A stretch of 64,000 nucleotides of DNA from contig NC_069000.1 in NCBI RefSeq assembly GCF_001194135.2, positions 863,307 through 927,306 on the forward strand. Direction: 5' to 3'. This document shows, in pieces, positions 12,103 through 24,200 of this stretch (position 1 is the first letter of the stretch; every line of letters begins with the position of its first letter). Origin of the DNA: Octopus bimaculoides (lineage: Eukaryota). The position numbers and the translations under genes were made by a program. The notes under the pieces were generated by a model. The model searched no databases, was not told the origin of the DNA, and saw nothing but the letters and a program-made list of their open reading frames with translations.

Positions 12103-13318
12103 GATATACGTTATAAATTATATATAATTGATATGATAAATGGTGTATATCTTATATAAAAATGATACTTAATGAATACGTATATATGTGATATAAAAAA
12201 TTATACTTAAATTGTATAAGACTATAAATAAATGATATTTGATATAAAGAGCTTTGACCAAAAATTTGACTAATTGGTCAACCAAGTTAAACAAACAATC
12301 AATTAGTTGAGTTTTAACCAATTGACTAATACTAAAGGAGTGGAATCGAACCAGAGCATGTATTCTCAACATTAGCAGAATGACTATCCCTGGACACAAC
12401 GAAATTGATAAAAAGAATTACATATAAAAGATATAAACGCCACATGGTACGAATAATCAAACACTTGCAATTTTAATGACGTGATTTACATAAATTTTAT
12501 ACAGGAGGGTAAATAACTCAATGATATATGAATAATGTGAATGGTATAGAAATGGCTTTAAAAATGACATGATGTCAAATTAAAAAATACTGTAAATGCT
12601 GTTTGAGATTAAAAAAATATTTAGAGTTATTTATTATAAACTTTTAATTCATACAATCATATAAAGTGTCTTTTTGTACAATGCTCCTGATACACTCACC
12701 CCTACCCAACATTTTCGCTCGTTGTATAATTTTTCTTTTTGTCCAACGTCAATCTTTTGGAATCTTTCATAATTTTGCATGCATCAATGATAATGGACGT
12801 CATTACGAACAGAGGCGAAATAAAACAAATTACTTTACTTTTATTGTGCAAATATTTTTATTTATTCAAACTGAAGGGAATTGTTTAATTATTGTTTAAA
12901 TTTTGCTTTGATATTTGGAATTTTTATTTTAAAGTATACTTTTATTTGTTATATGAATGGAGTTTAATAGTTGTGGGAGATTGAAATACAAGTCTCGTGA
13001 CTCAGAAAAACCAAATTAGACAAGCGAAGGGACATAACTCTTCATGACTGGTTCATATGAAAGGCGAGATGAATACAATTAACCCATAAGGCTGACCTGG
13101 GGCTAAACCACCAACATTCCACTGATTGAAAATCAATCACTGACAGACGTGAACCAGCCTTGCACCCATAACTCTGCTGCTGTGTCCACTCTACACCTTT
13201 GCTACGACTACTACTACTATAATGTGCTCTGAACCATGAGCTGGTTCAGAGAATACAATTGTCTCAAGACAAAGATGAAGCCATACCTTGTGGAGCAGAA
13301 AATCTTGAGGCAAAAATA

Positions 13319-16300
13319 TTACAAATCAAGTGGATTTAAGCCAAATTCAAGAAATACTTTCTTATTTTTGGCCTGAATCATTCTGGCTCGTTTCTCCCAT
13401 TGTTCTTTTGATATCTCCATTTTCGACACAAGTTTATCCAAAGCCCCCTGAAATAAATACATAAAAAGACATTTAAATAAATATATGAATTTTTATGGAG
13501 GAGGAGGAGGAGTAGGAGACCTCATGGTAGAATCGTGAGAATGTTAGAGTTAAATGTCTTGTGGTATTTAAGTCCTAGCTTTTGCATCCTCGGGTCAACT
13601 TTGTCTTCCATTCTTCTCCGTTTGATATGACAAAGTAGCAGTCATGTGCTGGGGTGAATTAACATTCCAATAAAACATCATTGATGTGAATGGAATTAAT
13701 CATAGAAGACTCACACTTATATGGCTTGTTGCAAAGGACGAAGATGTTGAGTTATCTTCAGGCAAAAGAGCTTCTGAGAAATGAATTATAGAAGAGTGAA
13801 TTCTGGGAAAAGGGACCCAGGAATCCCATGGGCTTACGTTAAACTGGGTAACAGATTCAGTCTATCACCAGACAACAGCTTCTGTCCATCCAGCAGACTT
13901 ATGGTAACATTTCCATCTTCCCAGTTACACTTGCCAGATTTGGAATCACATGATTGCACAACAAAATTCTTCACCACACACCCACGTTTGCAACCAACTG
14001 AGCTCCACTGCCCGAATAATTGAATAAAATTAAATTATTAATTAATTAACAATTAAATAAACTGGTATGTTTCCAGTTACAAGTATTCCAGTCAATCCAC
14101 TCGACAGAACAGGTTGCTCATGAACACACATATGAAGGAAAATTATCAGTTTTAAGTTTTGGCACAAGGTCAGCAAGTTCCGGGGAGTGGGGGGGAAAAG
14201 TCGATTACATTGACCCCCAGCACACAACTGGTACTTATTTTACCAACTACAGCTAAGCATTTTTCCCAGTGTGCTAACAAATATTTGCAAAATGTTGAGA
14301 AATAGGAGTTAATTTATTGTTAGAAAACTGAGAAATAACGGTAAAATTGATGTTAGCAAAAGACAGAGGAATATGATAGGGGTCAGGTTAATATCAGTTG
14401 GGGGCTGAAAATATAGCAACATGTTAATTAAACAATGAACTGAGAATTAAAAATCAGAGAAATGATTGTGAGCCCTTACATGAAGTATGTTTTTGTAGGA
14501 ATTCTCCATTGCATTGTTCTTCCGCTGAAAAATCTCAATTTCTTCCTGTTTCTGGTTCATAAGAAGTTTAGCTTTTTTTTTCGCCTGTACTAATTCTGTT
14601 TCTTTTTCACCTGTGAAAAATACCAACTGTGTCATTTTATTCCATTTCACTGTCCATTTTATCAACTAATTTGCTAAATCAAAGATTCACTGATTTGCAA
14701 TTAACAGCTTTTCACTGATCTGTCCTTTTGTTGGCATCGGTCAACAAATTTCATTTGTAGTTGTCGGGTGTCACTGGTTAGTTTTCATTTCATGATGTCG
14801 CCCTACTTTTGTCAATCTCTTATTTTTTACTTGTTTCAGTCATTGGATTGTGGCCATGCTGGGGCACCACCTTGTGAGGTTTCAGTCAAATGAATTGAAT
14901 TCAATGAGATAAAACTGCATCACATCAGACACTACTGATCATCTGATAATGCAAATGACTGAAACGGCTACAAATCTAAATTCTGTTATTTTCTAATGAT
15001 TCTCACTCTTTCGTGATTGCACAATCAAACTACAACATAAATCTTATTTTTCTGAGGTTATTCTGCTAGTTTCTTATTTTGGAACTGTCATGTTCCATTT
15101 TAAGCTCTTAACAATAAAACATGATGATGATTTGAAAATGAGAGACTATACAAATTTTGTTTTTTCTTTGGATTCTTTTATTATTGTTAAATTAATCATA
15201 TTAATTAAACCTTCATTTACAGCTTAGTAATTCTGTCTCTAAACCAATACAAAATAAAAGCCCAACCTGGGGCTACTTACTTAACTTTATTTGACAGGTC
15301 GTCAACTCAGTTTCCAAAACAAGTATCCTTGCATTCATTTCAGATTCCATGGTTTTGTACTGCCGTGCCATATCTATGGAGACATATTAAAACGAACATA
15401 GCAATTTTATCCAATTCTGCTCTACTTGCAGTTAAAAACAATCAATATAAACAAAAGAACAACAGAAAACCAACAAAATGCCAGATCCAGGTCCATCCAG
15501 GACCATCCAGACCCCAACAACACAAACCCTTGCCCCATTGTTATTCTCTAATACACAACTACATATTTGGAGTAATTCCATTCACCTTAACCATTTCTGC
15601 CGCAGTCATCCACCTTCCCACAAATTCATGGAAGAAGGTCACAACTGCTTCACCCTCTTCCCACAATGCCACCCTGATCTCATTACAACAAAAACAACAA
15701 GAACAACAACACTTACCAGCTCTTATTGACCTGTAATCACCTTTCTGTGACTCAAAATCTGTTTTTAACAGATTCAGCTCTTTGTGCCGTTCTTCGCCGG
15801 CTGCCAAACTTTCCATAAGCATTACATCACGCTGAGCTGTAATTACAAGTTTTATGATTTCAATTATATATATATATATCTATATATACATACATACATA
15901 CATGCATATAGAGACCTACATAAAAATTTCTTATACACATACACACACACACTGTCAGCATCATCATCATCATGATTACCAGTAGCATAATTGTGATGAT
16001 GATTATCATCATCATCATCATCATCATCATCGTCGTCGTTGTCGTCGTCGTCGTCATAATCATCACCCCCACCATTTTACAGGTAAGGTACCCAGGTGTT
16101 TTAGATGGGCTGGATGTGTCAACATGATTTGAAGTCAGTTCTTATTCTTGCCATGGGGACCACATCTCGCTTGCATATGCCATGTTTGTTGACATGGTCA
16201 TTATTGGATTGGATACCCCTGTCGCTGCCAGCCTCCTTTATGGTGTATTCTATCTTAGCCCCACTGCAAGAGCAGTTGTTCTGTCCTCGAGAAGACTAGA

Positions 16301-16540
16301 ACGTCCTCTCTACTCTCTATTGTCCCCATTCACTCAGCTCCCAGTAAATACAAAAGGTCGTTTCATCTTCAGCGAAACTCAGAGAACCTTTCTCTTTGTT
16401 GTGTCTGTCCCTTTCTTTCCCTCACAACCGATGGGAAAGGAGCCAAAGAGAAAGAGAGAGAGAAGAGTAAGTGAAGGGGTAATCCAGAATGATAACAAGC
16501 GAGCGATAGAAAATAAGGTGAGGGAAGAGTGATCGAGGAA

Positions 16541-16571
<31 letters not shown>

Positions 16572-17448
16572 TGAAAGAGAGTGATCGAGGAAAGAGAGAG
16601 AGAGAGACAGGGAGAATGAAAGACATACACAGACTCAACTCCCTATTTCTTAGTTTTTCCCCCAAAACTGGAGGACAAGTGTAACAATACTTACCAATGT
16701 AATCTTTCATGGCATTCAGTTCAACCAGTGATTTCTGAAATTTCTCATCCTTTTCCAGCTTGCCTACAACAACAACAACAACCATTACACGGTTGATCGG
16801 GAACATTTAACTACTTGCAAGAGGACAACTCTATTTCCAGCTAGGACCACACAAACACGAAGAAGAAAAAAAGGCACAGATATCGAAAATAACTGGTGTC
16901 TCAATAGCAAGGTTGACCCAAGTGAAGACGTCTGCATCTGCAGCAGACAAACCCTAGGCTAAAACTGGGCATCGATGTGCACGTTTGCCCCTCTGGAAAT
17001 AACCATTAAATCTCTTCCAAATCACACTCTAACACCCTACCAAAGAATCCATAGGATAGTGTGATCCTGGGTTCCCTGTACATGGGACAAGAGGTCATGG
17101 TTGGGATGCCTTTGATCCCTCGCCTGGCTATTCGATCTGGATAATACCTAGAGTTCAACATTATCGACAGCAACGGCTTATACCTATGAGCCACGGACCA
17201 ACAGAGAGTCTGCTAAAATAACAGCTCAAATCCCTTTGAATCATGTCTTGCTGTCTTAGAAATGATACCTAAAAATTACACATGATAATGAAGGATTAGA
17301 CAGGACTGGGGTGGCCTGGTGTTAAACAGAAACAACAACAGCAACAACTGGCAATATTTTTTAAATCGTAGATAAAAGTAAATAATGTCAAACCGTCTTT
17401 TTTCTTAGTTTTTTTGGCAGTTTTCGTAGATTTCTTCTTAGAAGACAT
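13319..17448 (-). CDS. CCDC153: CCDC153/DRC12 (nexin-dynein regulatory complex subunit), 198 aa; exons 17448-17394, 16763-16695, 15836-15717, 15373-15281, 14610-14480, 13447-13319
   Basis: Six GT-AG exons in consistent phase: MSSKKKSTKTAKKTKKKDGKLEKDEKFQKSLVELNAMKDYIAQRD...DMARQYKTMESEM...YKNILHGALDKLVSKMEISKEQWEKRARMIQAKNKKVFLEFGLNPLDL*. The basic N-terminus, coiled coil and C-terminal motif fit CCDC153. Confidence 0.9.
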
Positions 17449-17617
17449 TTTGAATTATGATATATGTATAGTGGTGTGAGTGTGTGTGTGTGTGATACTC
17501 TATTTCATGTGTGTTTTCGTTCAGAGACAAATAAACAAGTGACTGTTTTGTAGATTATATTAAAACTAAAAGCTTTAAGCTTCCTCTGGTCTTTCCGTGT
17601 AACTAACAACGATGGCT

Positions 17618-17630
17618 GTTGCCTAGAAAC
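17618..17630. promoter_or_regulatory. Candidate RFX X-box upstream of CCDC153
   Basis: GTTGCCTAGAAAC, 170 nt upstream of the ATG, close to the X-box consensus GTNRCC(N0-3)RGYAAC; RFX factors drive ciliary genes. Confidence 0.5.
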
Positions 17631-17990
17631 AACCAACGCACTAATTCCTCTGACAAACGTCGTCTTCAACTATTTCTTGTTGTTGTTCGCACGAGCGTAG
17701 GAACCGCAACATCAAGAACTGGGATCAATCCCTCGCCACTTGCGATTTTTTGAATGTTTTCATATTTGAAAACTTCCCGCTAAAGAAGTTCTTAAAATTC
17801 CTTAAGTCCCTTCAAATAAAGAAATTATAAACCAAAAAATATAATCGGTTCAAATCTGAAGAGCAAAACAGAAAGATGTGGACGGTGCAATATGTAAGTC
17901 TGTGTCGGTGAGAAATTCGCTTGTCAATCGATACACGCAAACTGCGAGCTGTAAACATATTGGGGACAAGCACCATCGAAAAATTTAGTC

Positions 17991-18064
17991 AGGCCAATAT
18001 GGGGATCGAACCCACGACATTCGCGTTAATTGCCCAAGGTCTTAACCAACTAAGCTAGTCGTCC
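17991..18064 (-). pseudogene. tRNA-Ile(AAT)-like pseudogene
   Basis: GGACGACTAGCTTAGTTGGTTAAGACCTTGGGCAATTAACGCGAATGTCGTGGGTTCGATCCCCATATTGGCCT is collinear with eukaryotic tRNA-Ile(AAT). A/B boxes and T arm are intact, but the acceptor, D and anticodon stems carry mismatches and the anticodon loop is CAATTAA. Confidence 0.7.
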
Positions 18065-18989
18065 ACATCCAGCCACCCTTCCTTCCCTCTATACATACAT
18101 ACATATATGTATGCATACACTCTCTCTCTCTCTCATTCACACACACACACACATAGATATATATATTTTATGTAGTCATCGGTTATGACCGGTCAGAAAG
18201 TTACCTTTGGTTTCGTGTCTATTCTAGCTCCACATAATATAGGCAACTCACCAGACGACACCAACTAGAAACTTCATTTTAATTTAAGAGGGCACCAGGA
18301 TTATTTGGATTTTGTAGGATCTTTGCCCCTTTCAGCCAAGTACAGTTTGCATCGTCTGCTTCCATTGTGGTATGGCCCAAGCTGTCCTAGGAACTTCCAT
18401 TTAACCCTGTATGGTGTTCTCTTTTCTTTTAAACACTATATATAGTTGACCAATACTGTAATGTTGCGCCTCTCTGGGATCCCAAAAGGGGACCTGTGAT
18501 TATTTAGTCGTAGTTTAAAAGGGTCCTTAATTACTCCAACATATTACAGTGTATGTGCCCCTATGTTGTTTTTGTTGCTGCCAACGTGTGTCGCTGTGTC
18601 TCTCTACTCTGTCTAAAAAATGTTGTTTGTTGTAATTCGGTTGGAAGGGGTTCTCAGTGTTAGAGTTGTTATTGTTAAATGATGATGATGATGATGTGTT
18701 CTTGGTCATAGACTAAGTTTAATTTTGGTTTTTAGAGTGAGTACACTTACCTATAATTATTTGGCTAAGTTTTCAAAGGTTCGATTTACATGGGCATATC
18801 AGCCTAACTTTAGGATTTATTTCAAAATTTTCTTTATAATCTTTTAGGTTTATTCTTGGTCTAGAAGGTTCATGAATCTCAATGATGTCATCAATGGTGA
18901 AATGGATAACTATATTTTGGCAGTGACACTTCATAAATGGTGAATTCAAAATAAGCCCTTTTCCAGGTTCACAGGAACGGGGGCTGCTG

Positions 18990-19330
18990 GGTTTCCTCTT
19001 CTGCAGGTTCCATCCACTTCTAGCCATCAGCATTTCTTTAGACAACTGCACCCATCCATACGCATCACATGGCCAAACCATTATTGTCTTCCTCTTGCAT
19101 CTGATTCTTCTTATTCCCAACTTTTCTCTCATCACATTTGCACTCTGTACAACATTACACACTGATGTTGCACATCCATCAGAGCAGCATACTACTTTCA
19201 TTTCTCTCCTGTTTTTGCATGTTCTCTGCACACAGGACCCACATCTCACTACCATGCAGCACAGCCATTCTTACACAAATATCACACAATCTGCTTTTCT
19301 CTCTCAGAGAGAAGCCTACTGTTACTCCTC
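18990..19330 (-). mobile_element. Decayed RTE LINE 3' fragment
   Basis: Frameshifted homolog of the 6817 ORF (MAVLHGSEMW...; MREKLGIRRIRC...). Confidence 0.8.
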
Positions 19331-19342
19331 TCTCTCTCTCTG

Positions 19343-19405
<63 letters not shown>

Positions 19406-19432
19406 TATATATATATAGATATATATATATAT
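19325..19432. repeat. (CT)n-(AT)n microsatellite; many other AC, AT, AG, ATC, ATT and TAG arrays occur across the window
   Basis: Directly visible, e.g. 22-95, 11505-11670, 40425-40562, 53665-53700. Confidence 0.95.
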
Positions 19433-19894
19433 AACATTGAACTTCCACAGTATACATTAAGCAAAATTCCACACCCAGAGTCAAGGTTATCATCCCAAGA
19501 CCATTGGTTCAAGCTGCCATGTAGTGAAATTGAGAGTTGTCATTAAGTAGACATGCAGTGATTAAACCTTTTGATGATAAATATTTAATTATATTTGAAA
19601 ATCTATTTAGGATTTCCAAACAACTAATTTAAGAAGTCAATAAATAAACACTTTATTACAAAAATTCTCTGCAGTGTTAGGAGAGATCTTTGATACACAC
19701 ACACACCTCTAGAACAATTTAAATATCTGATTGTCAGGAAAAACAAAAAAAAACCACTTCATATAAATTATATAAGGAAGTGGTTAAAATATCTGTATAT
19801 TTGAATCAAAAATATTTCCAAAATTGTTGGGAAATTTTATCTATAAATCTTTATTGTCTTTTTTTTAAAAATGCAATGGTTTATTTAGTCTAGG

Positions 19895-20130
19895 AAGAGG
19901 CTGGACCTGCAGCCTTCACAGGTCGTTGGGAACAAGGGGAGTGGAACAGTTTCAAGTTGTAGGGAAAGTATGTGCAGAAAGGGAATTTCAGAGGGACAAC
20001 ATTGGGGAGGAATGATTGTACATAGTGACCATTGTAGGGGTTTGCAATGGGAGGGCAGTGGTAGTCAGACACTTTTGACAAGGCAGTGAAGAGTACCTGA
20101 GCAGAGGTGGCACAAGATGAATCACATATG
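19895..20130 (-). mobile_element. CR1/L2-type LINE ORF 3'-end relic
   Basis: ...HYVQSFLPNVVPLKFPFCTYFPYNLKLFH resembles the CR1/L2 C-terminal HY.NSF.P...FP..YNL..F motif. Confidence 0.55.
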
Positions 20131-20265
20131 AGGAACAGTGGCCATTGTAGCAGTAGTAGTAGCCACAGCAGTGGTAGAGAAGACAACACACTTGTGTACA
20201 TGTGTGTATACATGCATGCTTGTGTATAAACATAGGTAAGTGTGTGTGTGTATATATATCAATAT

Positions 20266-20480
20266 CATCATCATTTCACGTCTATTTCCCATGCTGGCAT
20301 GGGTTGGATGGTTCGGCCGGGGTCTGGGAACCCAGAAGGTTGCACCAGGCTCCAGTCTGATCTGGCAATGTTTCTACAGCTGCATGCCTTTCTTAATGCC
20401 AACCACTCCGAGAGTGTAGTGGGTGCTTTTTACGTGCCACCGGCACAGGAGCCAGTCAAGGTGGTGCTGGCATCGGCCAC
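20266..20480 (-). mobile_element. RTE 3'-tail / SINE fragment
   Basis: CATCAT...CCATGCTGGCATGGGTTGGATGG...AATGCCAACCACTCCGAGAGTGTAGTGGGTGCTTTTTACGTG. Similar copies at about 1280-1460, 27605-27780, 32716-32910, 47730-47930, 51720-51860 and 54780-54920. Confidence 0.8.
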
Positions 20481-20616
20481 GTGACTGGCTTCCGTGCCCG
20501 TGGCAACAATCCTGTTTTCACAAAATTTCTCAAGGACAAGTGCCCATTGGTCAGTAACATAGGAGAGTAGATCCACAGTAAATCTGTCCTTACAAAAGCA
20601 ATATCAGTGGTCACTA

Positions 20617-21285
20617 NNNNNNNNNNNNNNNNNNNNNNNNNNNNNNNNNNNNNNNNNNNNNNNNNNNNNNNNNNNNNNNNNNNNNNNNNNNNNNNNNNNN
20701 NNNNNNNNNNNNNNNNNNNNNNNNNNNNNNNNNNNNNNNNNNNNNNNNNNNNNNNNNNNNNNNNNNNNNNNNNNNNNNNNNNNNNNNNNNNNNNNNNNNN
20801 NNNNNNNNNNNNNNNNNNNNNNNNNNNNNNNNNNNNNNNNNNNNNNNNNNNNNNNNNNNNNNNNNNNNNNNNNNNNNNNNNNNNNNNNNNNNNNNNNNNN
20901 NNNNNNNNNNNNNNNNNNNNNNNNNNNNNNNNNNNNNNNNNNNNNNNNNNNNNNNNNNNNNNNNNNNNNNNNNNNNNNNNNNNNNNNNNNNNNNNNNNNN
21001 NNNNNNNNNNNNNNNNNNNNNNNNNNNNNNNNNNNNNNNNNNNNNNNNNNNNNNNNNNNNNNNNNNNNNNNNNNNNNNNNNNNNNNNNNNNNNNNNNNNN
21101 NNNNNNNNNNNNNNNNNNNNNNNNNNNNNNNNNNNNNNNNNNNNNNNNNNNNNNNNNNNNNNNNNNNNNNNNNNNNNNNNNNNNNNNNNNNNNNNNNNNN
21201 NNNNNNNNNNNNNNNNNNNNNNNNNNNNNNNNNNNNNNNNNNNNNNNNNNNNNNNNNNNNNNNNNNNNNNNNNNNNNNNNNNNNN
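20617..21285. other. Assembly gap; others at 7080-7483, 10615-10743, 33847-33918, 42643-42813, 58688-58747, 60612-60969
   Basis: N runs; this one hides the KIAA1328 3' end. Confidence 0.99.
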
Positions 21286-24200
21286 TTGGAGATAATCTGT
21301 TTTGGAGATAATCTGTGAGATTTCTTTGAGAAATGCTGTTTATGTGCATGAGGCAGGTCAGATTCTATAGAATCAATCAAGTCAGCGAGACAAAGGGAAG
21401 ATTGTCTGAAAAATAGGAAGAAATCAACCAGAATATAAGTTCTCTTTTGGAAATACAGAAATTTAGTCAGGACAACAGATTACAACAGGCATTTGTTCAT
21501 CATAGGAAATTTCACTATAAACGTTTTTGCTGTAAAAAGCAAAAAGACAATTGTATTGAAGTGTTTTGTCTCTGAAGTCTTTTAATGTTTGACATTGAAT
21601 AAAGACTTTCCTATTTAATGCCTTTATAAAACACTTTATCATTCTTTCTTTTTTTATTTTATTTCAAAAAATACTGATATAACAAACTTTATAATTGCTC
21701 ATACAGAGAATTTGTCTTTCAGCAAAATTTCTTACTGTGAATTTCCCAATAGCAAAAACATTTACAGTGAAATTTCTGACACACACACACATTTGTTATT
21801 CCTCAGCACACACACCCTCCACCACCACCACCACCAAACCACAAAGCAAAGTTTAATTCTATTCACTCTCTTCTTTATCTCCTATCTGACTGTAGGATGC
21901 TCTGCCTCAGCATACTCCTGTCTGACCCAGACAAGCATGGAAAAGAAGATCTTAAAACAATGAGGATGAGGATGCTGTTTCAAAATCCCACATGATCGAC
22001 CAGACTATTGAATGCTGTTATACATCGCTATTCACAATGCACTTTGCATCAGTTTAGCTTGTGACTGGTGCCCCACCCCACTGGCCAGGCAAGCAGGCCA
22101 ACATCCCAACCCCACCCCGATCAGAAGGCTGTTCCATCACAGGGATACTCAGGCCACACACACACACACACATTTCATATCTACACAGACACACACGTGA
22201 CGACACACACACACGTTTTACAATGCCTTCCCATCAACACAATGCTTTGACAAATATACACACATATATACACACATACAAAGCACTGTGTCTCACGGAG
22301 AGTCTTCAAATGTCAAAATAATAAAAACACCAATGGCTGACAAAGTATTTCTCTTACTTCGGGCTGCTTGGAGATGTAACACTGCAGGAATCTTCAGGAT
22401 TTACCTTGGTTGCCACTTCTCCAAGACTGAAAATAGAATTATGGAAATATTAATTATTGGCACCAACCATTTAGAGGAGGATATCTATATCTGTCAGAAA
22501 AAAGACCTGCTGGAAAGAGCAGTCAAAATCTCCCTCAGATTACATGCTATCACCTTAAAGAAAAAAAAGGGATCCATTAGACAATTTAGTTTCTGATATA
22601 TAAAAAATAGGGAATGGTCATGGCTGGAAAGCTTTTGGTCAGGGTCCACCAGAGTTTAAACAACTGCAACCAATACAATAAAACAATTAAAATGCACCAA
22701 AATGAAGGAAACCTCTATGTGGTTATTCAGCCTGCAAGAAATAGCAGCCAAACTTCACATGAAACACCATAGAATAAAAAAAATAGGTCAAGTCAGCTAA
22801 GATATCCCATTCCTTTGAGAAGCACCAGGTTGGGCTGTTCCATATCAAGATGTTGGCTTTTATTGGGATTTTGAAACAGCATCATCATCCTCATCATTTT
22901 AACATCTACTTTAACATACTTGACAACCACACAGCCATGCTTACTGCAAAAATTTCCTCAAAGGAAATCAACTTACTTTGAATCAGAGACAACCTCATCA
23001 CAGGGTTCTTTGGATACAATTTCACTTTTCAATGAAGCTTCTTCAATGTCTTCAGGAATATTACAAGAATTCTCTTTATCTTGGCAACTGATTGGTATTG
23101 TTTGACTAGCAAATGATAATTCAGGTATAGAATTTTCTGGAAGAAAAGAAAAGAAACACATTAATGAGTAAACAGCTCGTTAATTTACAATATGTTTCCC
23201 TAAAGCAGAATTTTAAGAAACTACAAACAGCAAATAAAAATTATATCCCAAAATGTACAAAAAAAACCCAACCCAAAACAAATATGCATCAGAAAATTTG
23301 AAGAGATTTTGCCCTAAAATAAAGTTAAACAATTCCAGCCTAGAAAGCACATGTTTAGCCATTCAAAACTAAAGACTTAACTTCATTTAATCATTTAGCA
23401 TGCTATGACAGCTAAATAGTCTTGTTTTATGTTCAAACTGGCTAGATCTGGCTTCTCCCACCTATCCTACAATGTCATTCTAAAAATATACAATCACACC
23501 ACCAAAATCTGAAAGCTTTGAGATAAACGCATGATAAATTCAAGACAATGTCAATAAATAAGCATTATGTTTGACAGAGAAATCTGATTGCTAAAAAGTG
23601 AAACATTTATTATGATAATTGTTGAAGTGAAGTTAATAGTTTTTGTTATTTTTTCTTTTTTTTTTTTGAATGGTTGCAATATGTCTATGATGCTGTAATT
23701 GGTCTCAGACCAAACCATTTGCATAGAGATCAAATAGGGACCACATGACACAACCTGAATATATTTCTACCAGGAGCCTAAAAGGCACAGGGGGATTTCC
23801 TGGACCATTTTGTAGGAGGCCTTATATGCTTGAAAATTTGGGATAATATTTTATATAAATATATGTTAAAGAAAAAAAAAAAGAACTTACTACAATTAGA
23901 AATGGAGTCGAGTTGTAAAGGTTTAATGTCAGGATGATTAAGAATGGACATCAAACGATTCCGCTCTTCATTCAATAATTCCCTTTGTTTGACAAGAAAC
24001 TGTCGACGTTCTTCGAAGTCCATTTGACAAAATTGTGCAGCGTTTAGATTATTTGCTAACAAATCAGGATGAGATGCTTTAGAAGTGTTTGATTGTAACG
24101 ATGTGTTATGTAGTTCCTCCTCATTAGTTTTGTCAGAAAGTACAGCTTTATTGGTTAAATCTGTGTTTCTGGAAGGTGCAGCCTGTAACAAGACATTTGG

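Noticed and set aside
20456-21380. 234-297 aa ORFs
   Set aside because: Mostly N gap; only 21286-21405 is real coding sequence (KIAA1328).
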